Shown here: positions 11,182 through 23,596 of the stretch, one piece after another | Position numbering within the stretch: the stretch's first letter is position 1 | Layout of the letters: each line of letters opens with the position of its first letter | NCBI GenBank assembly: GCA_030704615.1 | Contig: CM060734.1 | Span: forward strand, 44,082,001 to 44,146,000 | DNA: 64,000 nucleotides | Direction: 5' to 3' | DNA from: Takakia lepidozioides | Taxonomy: Eukaryota; Plantae; Bryophyta | Notes under the pieces: model-generated | Told to the model about the DNA's origin: nothing | Seen by the model: the letters and a program-made list of their open reading frames with translations, nothing else | Database searches by the model: none | Translations under genes and position numbers: made by a program

Positions 11182-14100
11182 TTGGAGCTGGAGCAGTACT
11201 TCCGGGCGGCCAAGTTGAGTGACGAGGATCGCGTGGAAGTGGCTCCCACCTATTTGAGGGGCTATGCTCAACAATGGTGGCAGAAACGCCTTCACGACCG
11301 AGGTCCAAGTCCGGAAACCTTGAACTGGAGTGGGTTCAAGGAATTGTTGAAGAGACAGTTTGTGCCCCTCAACGCGTCCTGGCTTGCCCGGGACAAGATG
11401 AGGAATTTGAAGCAAACAGATGACATTCGGGGGTATGTCCAGGCTTTCAATGTGCTGTTGCTCGAAGTCGCGGACATGGCAGAACCAGAAATGGTCTTCA
11501 ACTTTGTGGCGGGACTGGCCCCATGGGCCAGGCGGAAGTTGGAGGAGAAGCCACCCAAGACTTTGAACGAGGCAATTGAGAGGGCTGAATATTTCTCGGA
11601 TGTCCCTAGGGGTGAAAGACAAGGCCGTACGGAACTGAACCACAAGAAGATTCGGCGGGAAGGTGACTCCTTCCGACCGGAAAAGAAGTGGGATAGGCCA
11701 CGCGGCGAAAATGGCACGTGGAAATCGAAGGGAGGGCCTTCACACGTCAAGGCGGCACCCAGTGCTCCGAAAGGAAAAGCGGGTGGAGCGGCTTATGGCG
11801 GACAGAAGGCGACCTTTGATGGAGTGTGTTTCAATTGCGGGGAGCCCAGGCACATGGCCAAGAAGTGCACGAAGCCCCGGCAATTGAACATGACTCGGGC
11901 GACCACAGAGCTGTCGGAAGATACCATCAGTCGCTTGGTGGAAGCGGTGGTCGCCAGGACTTGCAAGGTAGGCAAATTTTCTTGTGAGTTGTATCAGGAA
12001 ACTGACGCCTTACGAAAAGGGAGTCAGTTATTGTTCGTGGATGGGATAATATCCGGAACTAATGTGTCGTTGTTGGTGGACACAGGAGCGTCGCACTCCT
12101 TCATGACACCGGCAACGGCACAAAAGCTGGGACTCCCGACAAGTGACGTGGGGGCCTTTATTGAGGTGCGTTCTGCCAAAGGAGAACCACAGTTGGTGAC
12201 AAGGTTGGCGATTGATGTTCCTCTTCAACTGGGGAGTTGGGAGGGACGTGAGAACTTCACCATCTGCGAGATCGATGGAGTAGATCTCATTTTAGGGATG
12301 ACCTTTTTGAGCAAATCCGGAGCGGTCATAGATGGCCGCAAGAGAGTAGTCACGCTGCCATGTGGGAATGGTGGCGAGGTCTTACAAGTGTCAGAAACGC
12401 CCAAATTCGTGGGAGGGCGAATAAACCTTCTGTCAGCAAGGGAGTGGGCCGTGGAGGAGGCACACGAACCCCAGTTCTTGCTTTACATTAGAGAAGTGAA
12501 GGGAGAAGGCCATGGGGAGCCGAGCCCAGATTGGATCAAGGGGATTTTGGAGAAATACCAGGATGTGATGCCGGAGGATTTACCAAGCGGCTTGCCACCG
12601 CGAAGAGGAGTTGACCACAAGATTGAGGTGATACCGGGATCGGAACCGCCTGCCAAGGCGCCCTACCGGTTGAGCCACAGAGAGTTGGTCGAGCTGAAGA
12701 CTCAGCTCAAGGATCTAATGTCAAAGGGGTACATCCGGCCGAGTAAGTCACCTTACGGGGCCCCGGTGCTATTTGCAGACAAGAAGGATGGGACGCTGCG
12801 GATATGTGTCGATTACAGGGCTCTGAATAAGGTGACTATCAAAAACCGGTACCCTTTGCCAAGGATCGACGACCTCTTCGATCGGTTGGCAGGAGCGAAG
12901 TATTTCAGCCAGATCGACTTGCGCTCCGGCTATCACCAAATTCGGGTGGCGGAAGGAGATGAGATGAAGACCGCGTGCAGGACAAGGTATGGTTCATATG
13001 AATTCTTGGTGATGCCTTTTGGGCTCACCAATGCACCAGCGACATTTAGCACGCTGATGAACAGCCTTTTCCAGGAGTGGTTGGATGACTTTGTGATCGT
13101 GTACATCGACGACATCTTGGTGTACTCGAAAACAAAGGAGGAGCACCTGGAGCACCTCAAAAGGGTGTTCCAAAAATTGCGGGAAGGGAAGCTGTATGCC
13201 AAAGCTTCAAAGTGCGAATTCGGGGTCACGAAAGTGGAGTTCTTGGGGCATGTGATTACACAGGATGGGATCAAAATGGATGACAGAAAGGTGAGGGCGA
13301 TCTTGGACTGGGAGCCTCCGACTTCGGTCCCGGGAGTGCGATCCTTCCTAGGACTCGCCTCCTATTACCGGAAATATGTGAGAAATTTCGCCAAGATCGC
13401 GGGGCCGCTGTCGGACCTTCTGTGTAAATCCAAAGTCTGGGTATGGAACACATTTTGTGGCCAAGCTTTTGCTGAATTGAAGCAGCGGATGACGGAAGCT
13501 CCAGTCTTGAAAATCCAGGAGTTCGATCGTCCGTTTGAGATTCATACAGATGCATCGGACTTCGCGATTGGGGGTGTACTTATGCAAGATGGACGTCCAG
13601 TGGCTTACGAAAGTAAGAAACTGAATGAAGTGGAGCGACGGTGGCCGACGCACGAAAAAGAGATGAAGGCGGTGGTGCATTGCCTTGAGCTCTGGCGCCA
13701 CTATGTTGGTTCCAACCCAGTGAAGGTGTTCACGGACAATGTCACGGTGAAGTATTTTGCCACGCAGCCCAAGTTGTCCCCAAAACAACTTAGGTGGCAA
13801 GATACTTTGGCAGTGTTCGACGTGGATATCCAGTACAAACCGGGACGGGACAATGTGGTGGCCGATGCTTTAAGTAGAAAGCAGCAGCTCTTGTTGGTGT
13901 ACAAGGGCGAGACGGCACTCCAAAGGAAGATCCGGAAGGCTTGCCGGAAGGATGAGCTGGCGAAGTACGTGATGCAGGACTTGAGGATGGGGGTTAAATC
14001 GCAGTTCCACTTGCAAAATGGACTGCTCCGGTATAAGCAAAAGCGTCTCTACGTGCCGAAGGGAGAGATCAGGGATAGTCTCTTGAGAGAATGCCATGAT

Positions 14101-15369
14101 AGCCCGCTTGCGGGCCACGGCGGAGCCAAGCGCACTGCGGCACTCTTGAAGAAAGAGTATTTCTGGCCCAAACTGAGGGAGGAGGCAGAGGAGTATGTCA
14201 AGACATGCACCACATGCCAACAAAACCGGAGCGAGTACAAAAAGCAAGCGGGGCTGTTACAACCCTTGCCGATTCCAGAGGGGACTTGGGAAAGCGTCTC
14301 GATGGATTTCATGACTGCTATGCCGCTGTCAAAAGGATTCGATGCAATCATGGTGGTGGTAGATAGGTTCAGTAAAATGGGCCATTTCATCCCCACCAAG
14401 GAGACGGCAACGGCGCAGGAGACATGGCGACTTTACTTCGCCCACGTCTTAAAGCATCATGGAGTCCCGAAGGATATTGTCTCGGACCGCGATCCAAAGT
14501 TTACGAGTAAATTCGGGAGAGCACTTTGGAAGAAGATGGGGACGAGGCTGAAGATGAGTACCGCCTTCCGACCTACGACGGACGGCCAAACGGAAAGAGT
14601 GAATTCCGTAGTGAAGCAATTCTTGCGGAATTACGTGTCGGCAGACCAATCAGACTGGATGGAACACTTAGACGCGGCAGAGTTCTGTTATAATAACACA
14701 GAACACTCCGCAACGGGAGTTTCCCCTTTCGTGTTGGTCTATGGAAAAGCACCTCTGGTGCCGACAAGTTGGGCCGCCCAGGACGTTGAGGAACTGGCAG
14801 TAGCGGCGGTACTGGAAGAACGCGAGCGTTTGTTGAAGCTCGCAAAGTACAATATTGCCAAAGCTAGGAAACGGTATGAAAGGCAGGCGAATCGGAAGCG
14901 GAGGGAAGTGAAGTTTGAGGCAGGCACAAAGGTCTGGTTGAACATCAAGAATTTCCGACTACCTCCGGAAGTGAGTCCGAAGTTCGTACCTCCGTATGCG
15001 GGACCCTTTCGCATTCGGAAGGTTATGAATGAGGATGTGTATGAATTGGAGCTGCCGGCAAACAGCAAGGTGCACCCAGTATTCCATGTCTCCTTTTTGA
15101 AGCCTTACTTCAAAGATGAAGCGCGTCCGAATCGGCATCAAGTGTTGCGTCCGCCACCTATGCTGTTGGATCATGAAAATGAACCTGAGTACGAGGTGGA
15201 GGCAATACTTAAGTCGAGGAAGTTCAGGAACCGAGAAACGGAGTATCTCGTCAAATGGAAGGGCTATCATCATGTGGAGGCATCTTGGGTGCGTGCCTCA
15301 GAAATGGGAAACGCATCCGAGGCGGTTGCAGCTTTCGAAGGGCGACCTCAAAAGCGGAAGAAGCGTTGA
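11182..15369 (+). CDS. Gag-Pol polyprotein (gag, CCHC, protease, RT, RNase H, integrase, chromodomain); N-terminus displaced
   Basis: Uninterrupted 1395 aa, open from ~11071: [64 protein letters not shown]...YLVKWKGY...ASW. Confidence 0.96.
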   Translation: MELEQYFRAAKLSDEDRVEVAPTYLRGYAQQWWQKRLHDRGPSPETLNWSGFKELLKRQFVPLNASWLARDKMRNLKQTDDIRGYVQAFNVLLLEVADMAEPEMVFNFVAGLAPWARRKLEEKPPKTLNEAIERAEYFSDVPRGERQGRTELNHKKIRREGDSFRPEKKWDRPRGENGTWKSKGGPSHVKAAPSAPKGKAGGAAYGGQKATFDGVCFNCGEPRHMAKKCTKPRQLNMTRATTELSEDTISRLVEAVVARTCKVGKFSCELYQETDALRKGSQLLFVDGIISGTNVSLLVDTGASHSFMTPATAQKLGLPTSDVGAFIEVRSAKGEPQLVTRLAIDVPLQLGSWEGRENFTICEIDGVDLILGMTFLSKSGAVIDGRKRVVTLPCGNGGEVLQVSETPKFVGGRINLLSAREWAVEEAHEPQFLLYIREVKGEGHGEPSPDWIKGILEKYQDVMPEDLPSGLPPRRGVDHKIEVIPGSEPPAKAPYRLSHRELVELKTQLKDLMSKGYIRPSKSPYGAPVLFADKKDGTLRICVDYRALNKVTIKNRYPLPRIDDLFDRLAGAKYFSQIDLRSGYHQIRVAEGDEMKTACRTRYGSYEFLVMPFGLTNAPATFSTLMNSLFQEWLDDFVIVYIDDILVYSKTKEEHLEHLKRVFQKLREGKLYAKASKCEFGVTKVEFLGHVITQDGIKMDDRKVRAILDWEPPTSVPGVRSFLGLASYYRKYVRNFAKIAGPLSDLLCKSKVWVWNTFCGQAFAELKQRMTEAPVLKIQEFDRPFEIHTDASDFAIGGVLMQDGRPVAYESKKLNEVERRWPTHEKEMKAVVHCLELWRHYVGSNPVKVFTDNVTVKYFATQPKLSPKQLRWQDTLAVFDVDIQYKPGRDNVVADALSRKQQLLLVYKGETALQRKIRKACRKDELAKYVMQDLRMGVKSQFHLQNGLLRYKQKRLYVPKGEIRDSLLRECHDSPLAGHGGAKRTAALLKKEYFWPKLREEAEEYVKTCTTCQQNRSEYKKQAGLLQPLPIPEGTWESVSMDFMTAMPLSKGFDAIMVVVDRFSKMGHFIPTKETATAQETWRLYFAHVLKHHGVPKDIVSDRDPKFTSKFGRALWKKMGTRLKMSTAFRPTTDGQTERVNSVVKQFLRNYVSADQSDWMEHLDAAEFCYNNTEHSATGVSPFVLVYGKAPLVPTSWAAQDVEELAVAAVLEERERLLKLAKYNIAKARKRYERQANRKRREVKFEAGTKVWLNIKNFRLPPEVSPKFVPPYAGPFRIRKVMNEDVYELELPANSKVHPVFHVSFLKPYFKDEARPNRHQVLRPPPMLLDHENEPEYEVEAILKSRKFRNRETEYLVKWKGYHHVEASWVRASEMGNASEAVAAFEGRPQKRKKR

Positions 15370-16274
15370 TGGGGACATCAACCTTGGAGCGTGGGGGAGG
15401 AAATGCATGCTTAGCCCGGTTTAGCTAGCTCAGGAATCCGATTGCAAAAACTTGTATTGTACAAAAATTTGTTATAAAGGAAATGGGTTCCAAATATTGT
15501 GCGTCCTATTGTGTTTGGAATGGTGATGCATGGTGTGGTTGGCTAGTGTGTAGAATGCATGCTAGCTTACAAAAGTGGGAGAGGTAAATTGGGTTAATCG
15601 TGTGTTTGCGCAGTGCCGAAATCGGGTGACTCCCATCCAAGGGGCAAGGAAACTTGCGCCTTCTTTGGGAGTTCACGTGCTAGTGCGCACCTGGCGCGTG
15701 CGCGTACTATAACTGCGCTACCGAGGGGGTTGCCTTGTAGTGCGGGGTAACGCGGAAGCTACGTGCTTCCGTTCACGTACTATAATCGTGTAGCCTCGGG
15801 ACGAAGTCGTAGTGCGGCTTCGGCGTGTTCCCGTACCTCAGGCCAGCATTCCAAGGCGGACCCAATTGTAGTGATTGGGGCGCACGGTTGGTTCAAGGTT
15901 ATCTTCCTAGTCAAAGAAGGTTCCAGGTGAACCCTTGCTCAAGGTGATGCCAAAAGCGGCATCATGAGCGATCGCAAGCAATGTTGTTGCAGTAAGGCGA
16001 TTCGATCCTCGGGGAGGATTGTTCCTTGGCCTTGAAGTAGGCCAAGAAGAGTGCACTGGGAGGAGCTGGAGAGGCTCCACCCTTGGCCGGGACTTGGAGG
16101 AAGTCGGCCGAACTAGCTAGTGGAGAGTAGAGTCAAGTGTGGGGTTTGGTTCTTTGCCATGGGACGCCATGGTACGGAAACAAACTCCTTGATGTGGGAC
16201 GCCACAACTTGGATGTTTTTTCTACAAAATGGACAAGTCGATGAGGACATCAACTCCCTGTTGGTAGGGGTGTG

Positions 16275-16999
16275 TGTCGCGGCCCTTTGCCTTGAGGGCA
16301 GGGAGGTCGGGACACAAGAGGGGCTGCCCCTGTGGTGGGGGCAGTAGCAGCGATAGGTACGGGGGCTGAAGCACCCTTGAGTGCCCAAGGCACTCAAGGA
16401 GGCGGAGGCGCTCACTAGGTGGAGCCCCGCACACCGGGTTGCGGTGGGGGTGGCTCCACAAGGGGTGGTGGTAGCTTAGTGGGACTTAGTGGGGGTGGCA
16501 TAGGACTCACCATGGGGGTGGAGACCTCGTGGTGGGAGTCGTGGGGAGTCTTGGGACTCATCACGGTCCATAGGGGCCGTGGTGAGCGGGCCAAGACTCA
16601 CCGCGACTCACCACCGGGAATCGAGGGTCTTCGTGGTGGTTCGTCATAAAATGGCATGGCTGGTTGTGAAACCCCCGCGGACAGCTACAGAAGTATATAT
16701 AGGGAGTAGTAACCCCGAGAACGGTGCAAGCCCGTTGGTGACCAAAAACTAGTGAGTAAGCGAGCGAGCCGGAAAACGACCAAAGAGTGGGGAGCTGTTC
16801 CGGACTGCCATCTACCAAAGGGAATTCTCCTAGTCCCAATTAGGTGGAGGGTTTTAGAGGGAAGCGAAGGGGGACCGTTATGTCCCGATGAGCAGCCGAA
16901 GCTCCAAGTTGGCCGGCGGCCAGGTTGGAAGTCAGGCGCGCGCATCAAAGCGAGTAACTATGACTTGAAGGGGAGTTTACCGAAGTGAGGTGCGCGACA
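16275..16999 (+). repeat. 3' LTR of the chromovirus
   Basis: TG...CA ends with short TIR; about 99% identical (roughly 6 substitutions and 1 indel by eye) to the reverse complement of 22869-23591. Confidence 0.95.
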
Positions 17000-17004
17000 A
17001 CTCG

Positions 17005-18728
17005 TCCAAATCAAATGTGGGTTGAGGCACAGTCGCTGGATCCTTGTGATCTCCAGACGACTCTCCCCTTTCCATATTATTCTTTCATTAGTTGCTGTCT
17101 CTTCCCTCTCCTCCGCTGCACGTTTTTCCAACTCACTCAGTCCCATCGTCTCTTCTGCTTCCATTTCTAGTATAGATCTTGTAAATACAGGCATGAGAAG
17201 AGGAGTATACGGCTACTTGTCCGAAGGGGCACTGAGCTGCGAATCCCACCCAGACACACAATGGGATGTGATGAAGCGATGCTTGTGCAGTAGGTACACT
17301 CCTTCTCCCAAGAATGCCCACAGGTCCTCCTTTGAGCCAAAAAGCCACGCGCACGATGCTGCGTACCACCTTTTCCTTCACCAATAGCGTGTGGGCAAGA
17401 TATGTCTCAGCTTCTTCGGCCTTGTAGAGACCTACTGTTTCACTCCGAAAACACACCCCCGGAAATATCAACACATCACTGGGACAAAAAGGAAATTCAG
17501 AGTCGGGGATACCCGTGATGAGCTCTTCCCAAGTGGGATCCCGGGTAGGGGCTGGCGGAACTCGAGGCCTTAAATTAGCAAGCAGGATAGATGTTCCTCC
17601 TTTAACCAGTTCCCACAATCGTAGAGGGCTTGGCTTGTCAGGAGGCAAGAAGCTCTCAAGCTCTACACCCAATTCTTGACTCATAGAGAATTGTGGAATG
17701 CCCAAGACAGCCCAGCTAAGTTTCTCACCACTCTCCAATTGTTCCTTGGCACTAGCAAGGGGGATTTGTAGAGTGACTTCCTTGGAATGAAGTTTGAAGA
17801 GAAGATGTGCAACATAGGCTCCCTGAAGAGATTTGCGAATGCGTCGGCTCTGCTCCCTCTGCTCCGCTTTGATGCATATGGGTTTGCAAGCTTCCTTGCG
17901 CGCAGTTTCCTCAAAGGTTTTGGCCCAGAACTCCGAGGGCATGTCCAGCGGGAGCTTGGGCCGCGGAATAGGTTCTCCCTCCGGGTAATCAACAAAAACC
18001 AACTGCTCAGGCAACAGGTTGCGCGCAAGCTCACAAATGTAGCGAGATTCCAACGCCAGAGTCTGCTTCAAGCGTGGGACTTCGAATTGATCAAGTTCAA
18101 ACCAACCACGCTCAGAACCGGAAGCCATAGTGCTTACTTGCTAAACTCTCAAAACACAGAAAAGCTCGAGCAGGCAAACTTTCTCCCTCTCTCTCTCTGC
18201 GCGCGAGACACAAGCCGTCATTTTGCCACTCCCTCACCCTTCAATCATGCAGGATCCCCCGTATACAATCTACTGTTCTCAGGTGCTTTGTACGAACTAA
18301 ATCCTCTGTCAACGATTTTAATTACCTCGCATCTCCACCATGATTCCGGCGCTATGGGTTTGTTCCCCTTCCTCTACCGGACTTAATCCTATCTGGGGAA
18401 TGTAGTTGATAGATGGGGCCTGACAAAGAAGACGGAATCTCACCAAGAGGACACCACAGAGTCACAGACACAGACCTCCAAAAACACTTTCATCCACCCA
18501 CTCAAGCACACCGTTACACCCAGCGTACGCTCGCGTAAGACCCAAAAGCCACCACCCTCACTGCCACGGCAGTGAGGTTTAAATAGTATTAGGTCATAAT
18601 CTAATCCTAGTGCCGCGTGGCACTTACATATAGGTCCACCAGATGCCCTTCCACCACAGCCATAGAAAGAAGCCAGATCGCCCAGTCCCATCCTAATCTA
18701 ATCCTAAACTAGCTGTTAGAATAAGACA
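17005..18728 (-). mobile_element. 5' part (5' LTR, PBS, first ORF) of the dUTPase-bearing Ty3/gypsy element
   Basis: LTR 18341-18728 (TGTC...ATCA on minus) is directly followed by PBS TGGTGGAGATGCG, complementary to a tRNA-Ala 3' end. ORF 17133..18128 follows. Across the ACTCG TSD it reads into 23597+ as FDLDELCEAMGV. Confidence 0.82.
17133..18128 (-). CDS. 331-aa ORF at the 5' end of the dUTPase element (gag N-terminal extension or extra ORF; no domain recognised)
   Basis: ATG ~200 bp downstream of the PBS, same strand as the LTR/PBS, long open frame. Confidence 0.6.
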   Translation of the reverse strand: MASGSERGWFELDQFEVPRLKQTLALESRYICELARNLLPEQLVFVDYPEGEPIPRPKLPLDMPSEFWAKTFEETARKEACKPICIKAEQREQSRRIRKSLQGAYVAHLLFKLHSKEVTLQIPLASAKEQLESGEKLSWAVLGIPQFSMSQELGVELESFLPPDKPSPLRLWELVKGGTSILLANLRPRVPPAPTRDPTWEELITGIPDSEFPFCPSDVLIFPGVCFRSETVGLYKAEEAETYLAHTLLVKEKVVRSIVRVAFWLKGGPVGILGRRSVPTAQASLHHIPLCVWVGFAAQCPFGQVAVYSSSHACIYKIYTRNGSRRDDGTE

Positions 18729-18899
18729 GCCCCTAATAAAGCCATCAGGTGTTGCCAGCTCATCCTCATGCGCAAGGTGTAAGTTCATCCAAACTTCATC
18801 CTGGCTCCGTCCATCCCTTAAATCATCCGGAGCATATCCCTCCTCCATTCATCCATGTCGAAAAGGAAGGTGAGAAGGAATCCCAGCTCCACAGCCTTC

Positions 18900-19520
18900 C
18901 AAAACAAACAATTTATTGTTTAAAAAAATATGTTCTCTCTTTTAAAAGGCAAATTTTGATAAATGGAAAAGAATATGCTCTACTATTGTTGCTTAAAATG
19001 CTATGGTCTTCTATATCCTTGCCTGGTTTTAAAGTTAATAAGAATGTCAAAATGGGATACATGATGTTACTACCATAGGCTGCTATGACTCACAAAATGA
19101 TAGCTAAATGGCCCCTCTTGGATGCCCCTGTGGCAGCCTGAAAAGTTGTTTGGCAAGACATCTGGTTGAAAATCTGACCTGCTAAGATGGAGGCTCTGCA
19201 ATCGCATTCTACCTTTCTTATGTACCCGGATCCCCCTCTCAATTTCTGTTTATCTTGCTCGCCGCAAATTTTGAAAATTCTGGAGCATGGGTTGGTTGAA
19301 TGTGCTTTTGCTAAGAGGTTTGGCATAACATTCATCTATTCAGAAGTCCCTACTCATTAATGATTTCTCCATTCTTCTGCTAAATCTTCTTGGTTCCAGT
19401 CCTTTGGTGCCGCGATCAAGTCTGGTGTTCCATTTGTGTCATCCCGCCATGGAACATCTAGAAGGCAAGATGCTCACATGTATTTGATGGTAAACCTCTT
19501 CCTTATCACACACTCTTTGC
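18900..19520 (+). mobile_element. Degenerate L1-type LINE 3' fragment
   Basis: WQDIW...CLSC...LEHGLVECAFAK resembles zf-RVT; many stops. Confidence 0.5.
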
Positions 19521-20452
19521 AATATTTATTTTGATCTTTTGGTTGAAGGGAAAAAAGTATGGGGCATGTTGTTGGATTCAGTACACAAATGTAGTGAGAG
19601 CAGAAAGCAAGCCCTCCTTACCGGCTTTGACGCTAATTGGGCCGGAGACAAAATTCTCTGCCAACGACAATCTGCTACCCACCTTGTTTGGTCCCATTCC
19701 CTGAGGATGGGGAGCCTACTAATCCTTAGCACCCTCCAGTTGACAGAGATGGCCCTGATGTCAATTGGCGGCACAAGAAGAACAAAGAGCCAAAGTGCAA
19801 GCACATCTAAATTTTGAAACCCTCCAATGCAAACACTCAGGTCCCACACTTCATTCAAAGACCAGCTAATGTTCTCACAAGAGCCCAACTGGACTTTGGT
19901 TTTGTATCCTAATGACCTTTTCCTACTTCATTTCCTTGTTGGTTTTTTGCAGACACTTTTCAGCTTAGCTATTGATTACTAGGCATGAACTATATTCTTT
20001 CCAATATCTTGTGCAATCGAATGAACAGGAAAATGCCTGACACTTTATTTTTCTGGTTGTAAACAGAAATCACCTTGGCCACATACCTGGGTTGCACACA
20101 AACACCCAAGCTAATATAAATCACTTGGTGGAATTCTGTAGTTATGTTAGGTGGATCGTCAACCGTTGGCCATGTAGATAAATTTATCAAATCCAATATT
20201 GTACATATTAAATCAATTATAATTGAATATAAATTAAGTTAATCACTCATGACTCTCTCAGAATACCTGAAGGGATATGTGGCATATTGAAAGCCAATGT
20301 ATCATACTTTTTAAAGCAAAATTTGTAGTATTTGTAGTGCACATGTTGAGCTCTAATAGTGGATTGCGGGTTTAAAAAAACACCTATTAGCACAAGTCCT
20401 ACTATATGCATGATCTTCCGATGCTCCGTTACAATTAGAACTGATTTAATAT

Positions 20453-20535
20453 ATGCCCACCCCCGAAAGGGGGCAGTAGCCGCAAGGCGAAGTGGCTCTT
20501 AGTTACACTGGCCTCGGCCGGAATCTTCTCTCTCT
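20453..20535 (+). mobile_element. 83-bp 5'-truncated copy of the RLE LINE 3' end
   Basis: Matches 4607-4687 and is flanked by a 12-bp direct repeat CTGATTTAATAT (20441-20452, 20536-20547); CT-rich tail. Confidence 0.9.
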
Positions 20536-21309
20536 CTGATTTAATATGAAGTTTGATTCAACTCGAGTTTTAGACTGCGTGGACATGAAATAACATTTGT
20601 TGTCGTTTGGATGAAATATTATTGTTAAAAAGACCATTTTGTTGTACATATATTTATGAATGTATATTAATTTGTTTGTGGGATGTTTTGTATTCTTGAA
20701 TGAATATTGATACATTGTTTGTTGGTGCTTTTCGATAATTTGTTTTTTTTTTTTTTTTTTTTTTTTTTTGTGCTTGCTAGAATGAAGAGACGTATCCTTA
20801 ATCGGTACAGTTTTTCAATTGATCAAATTGCGAAAAATTGATCGCTGCTTCTATACTGTGATCTCACTGACGATGATGGATATAACATAGTCATTGTGAT
20901 TGTGAAAGAACTTTTAGCCAACATCCTCCCAAGCTCCAAATGGACAATTACGTTCGATTCGAACAAAATTCAATCAAGCCCAAGCCTAAATTTGCACACA
21001 GTCGCAATGGCTAGACGGCACCATGAAGCTACCGTTTTACTTACAATAAATGTGCAGAAGGGGCTGGCCAAATCTACTGTATGCGAATCTCTTCAATCGT
21101 CCTCAATCATGACAAATGGAGCAGGCTTAGAAATTGGTTTGTGGGTTCAACATTCAATTTGCCCCTTTTGTGGGCTGGGATTTGAACCAATGTCGGCAGG
21201 GATGATAGCTTCGTGTAAATATGTTTACCACCCTTAGTGTGGAAATGTCCACTTTAGTTGTTCAACAAAATCTATTAAATGACCAAATAGATTATATAGT
21301 TGTGACTTA

Positions 21310-22275
21310 TGCTAGCAAAGCAAAAGGTTATATCGTAATTGTAGGTAGTCACTTATCTTGGGGTTTTGTAGATGAGTTTTTCAACTTATAATTGTAGGGC
21401 CCATCTTTTTGTTCCTCAACAGGATGGTTAGGATGACCATGCCTTATGTGGGAAGATCCTTTAGCAACGAGTACATGGGTCGCATCACTCTCTACGTGGT
21501 GTTGACATGTATGCTCGCAGCTTCAGGTGGTCTATTGTTTGGATATGACATTGGAATTTCTGGTATGCATTTCAAATAAATTGCTAACCAATCTTGGAAT
21601 GAATGTTGCGAGGTTTGCTTTCAAAATTCAAATTGATAGAAATTTCTATATTCATTTTTTAGACAACTTTATTCAAAGTTTCCTTTCTAACCTATTAGAA
21701 AGCCTCGTTGATATCCACTCATTCTCACAATTCTTTTCTTACGGCAGGGGGAGTTACCTTACTGGACGATTTCTTAGCCAAATTTTTTCCCCAAGTGTTG
21801 CACTAAAGAACGACATGCCATTGAAAACAACTATTGCAAGTACAATGATAAAAAATTGCAGACGTTCACCTCATCCTTGTACATTGTGGGCCTTGTTTCC
21901 ACATACTTTGCCTTGTGGATAACTCGAGTATATGATCGCAGACCAACTATGTTCATTGCAACTGGAGTCTTTCTTGCAATAGTAGTTCTTAATGCTACAG
22001 CTCAAGATGTTATCATGCTTATTTTTTGTAGGATTTTCCTTGGTTGTGGCGTTGGGTTTGCCAATCAGGTTAGCGTTTTTTTTCTTATGGTAGTACTTAA
22101 CATTTTTGGGACAATTGTAGGTAGATGTTGTAATGTTCACAATGAATCAAACAACCCTTAATACATGATCGAATAGAATAGCGAAGCCGCATGTTGTTTG
22201 AAAGAACATTAAAACCAAATCCATAATATAAAGTATTGATTGTACTAGGACTCATCCATAGCTCATCTATTCTCT
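21310..22275 (+). pseudogene. STP: Inverted copy of the STP gene fragment
   Basis: Reverse-complement match to ~5919-6900; exon 2 at ~21748-22068 ending FANQ|GT. Confidence 0.9.
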
Positions 22276-22499
22276 CCTCGATTTCTTGAGAAGACACCCG
22301 TTACATTATGTCCAAAAACTCATTGTTGCTTCCTTTCCCATCCAAGCGCAGAATATGCACTGCAATGACAGACATAAACCACAACTATCAAATACAATTT
22401 GAACATTGTTCAACAATCACATTTTAGCCAAGAACAACTCATTATTTGTTGTCAATCACAATCAAAGACGATAGAAAGGGGCGTCCTAGATTGACGTTT

Positions 22500-23591
22500 C
22501 CGATTGCGAATTTGAAGATACAAATATTCGTGGGACAGCTTCTCAAGAGACTCTTTCAAGTCCCGCCAAACTGCGCCAACAACCATTCCCAAAAGGCTGC
22601 CGGCATGGGAGGCATTTCTTGGTTTGTCGGAGCTCTCAAGGATTCCTCGGGCTCCGACTCCTCGGATTCCTCCCGCTCTTGGGCGGCCTCGTTTTCGGAA
22701 ACATGCATCGCTTCCTCAAACGGCCGCCTCGGTGACACGCCGCCCCCATCGGGCTCACCGGGATCATCATCTTTTGGGCCGTTCCGCTTTCGCTTCGGCT
22801 TGCCCGACCCCATGATGAGGCCAATCCCAAGGACGATCGCGTACTGAACTCTAAGCTCTGATACCAAATGTCGCGCACCTCACTTCGGTAAACTCCCCTT
22901 CAAGTCATAGTTACTCGCTTTGATGCGCGCGCCTGACTCCCAACCTGGCCGCCGGCCAACTTGGAGCTTCGGCTGCTCACCGGGACATAACGGTCCCCCT
23001 TCGCTTCCCTCTAAAACCCTCTACCTAATTGGGACTAGGAGAATTCCCTTTGGTAGATGGCAGTCCGGAACAGCTCCCCACTCTTTGGTCGCTTTCCGGC
23101 TCTCGCTTACTCACTAGTTTTTGGTCACCAACGGGCTTGCACCGTTCTCGGGGTTACTACTCCCTATATATACTTCTGTAGCTGTCCGCGGGGGTTTCAC
23201 AACCAGCCATGCCATTTTATGGCGAACCACCACGAAGACCCTCGATTCCCGATGGTGAGTCGCGGTGAGTCTTGGCCCGCTCACCACGGCCCCTATGGAC
23301 CGTGATGAGTCCCAAGACTCCCCACGACTCCCACCACGAGGTCTCCACCCCCATGGTGAGTCCTATGCCACCCCCACTAAGTCCCACTAAGCTACCACCA
23401 CCCCTTGTGGAGCCACCCCCACCGCAACCCGGTGTGCGGGGCTCCACCTAGTGAGCGCCTCCGCCTCCTTGAGTGCCTTGGGCACTCAAGGGTGCTTCAG
23501 CCCCCGTACCTATCGCTGCTACTGCCCCCACCACAGGGGCAGCCCCTCTTGTGTCCCGACCTCCCTGCCCTCAAGGCAAAGGGCCGCGACA
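22500..23591 (-). mobile_element. 5' LTR, PBS(tRNA-iMet) and gag N-terminus of the chromovirus
   Basis: LTR 22869-23591, PBS TGGTATCAGAGC at 22855-22866, ORF MGSGKPKRKR... The LTR is preceded on the minus strand by ACTCG (23592-23596 = CGAGT). Confidence 0.93.
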
Positions 23592-23596
23592 CGAGT

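Larger units (their letters stand above)
11101..16999 (+). mobile_element. Ty3/gypsy chromovirus (Galadriel/Tcn1-like): internal region plus 3' LTR
   Basis: Gag-pol ORF, PPT-like GGTAGGGGTGTG before the LTR (16275-16999, TGTCGCG...CGCGACA), followed by ACTCG. The 5' LTR, PBS and gag start lie inverted at ~22500-23591. Confidence 0.95.

Noticed and set aside
11080-15424. Many antisense and alternate-frame ORFs over gag-pol
   Set aside because: Shadow ORFs of a GC-rich coding region with no motifs.
19560-21120. Short Copia RNase H-like (DANWAGD) and SWIM/MuDR-like (HTVDL..FCT) remnants
   Set aside because: Too short and decayed to delimit or call with confidence.
16275-23591. Large inverted-repeat (DIRS-like or foldback) element bounded by the two 725-bp repeats
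   Set aside because: The repeats are ordinary TG...CA LTRs with PBS, PPT and a shared TSD; an inversion explains the orientation and no tyrosine recombinase is seen.
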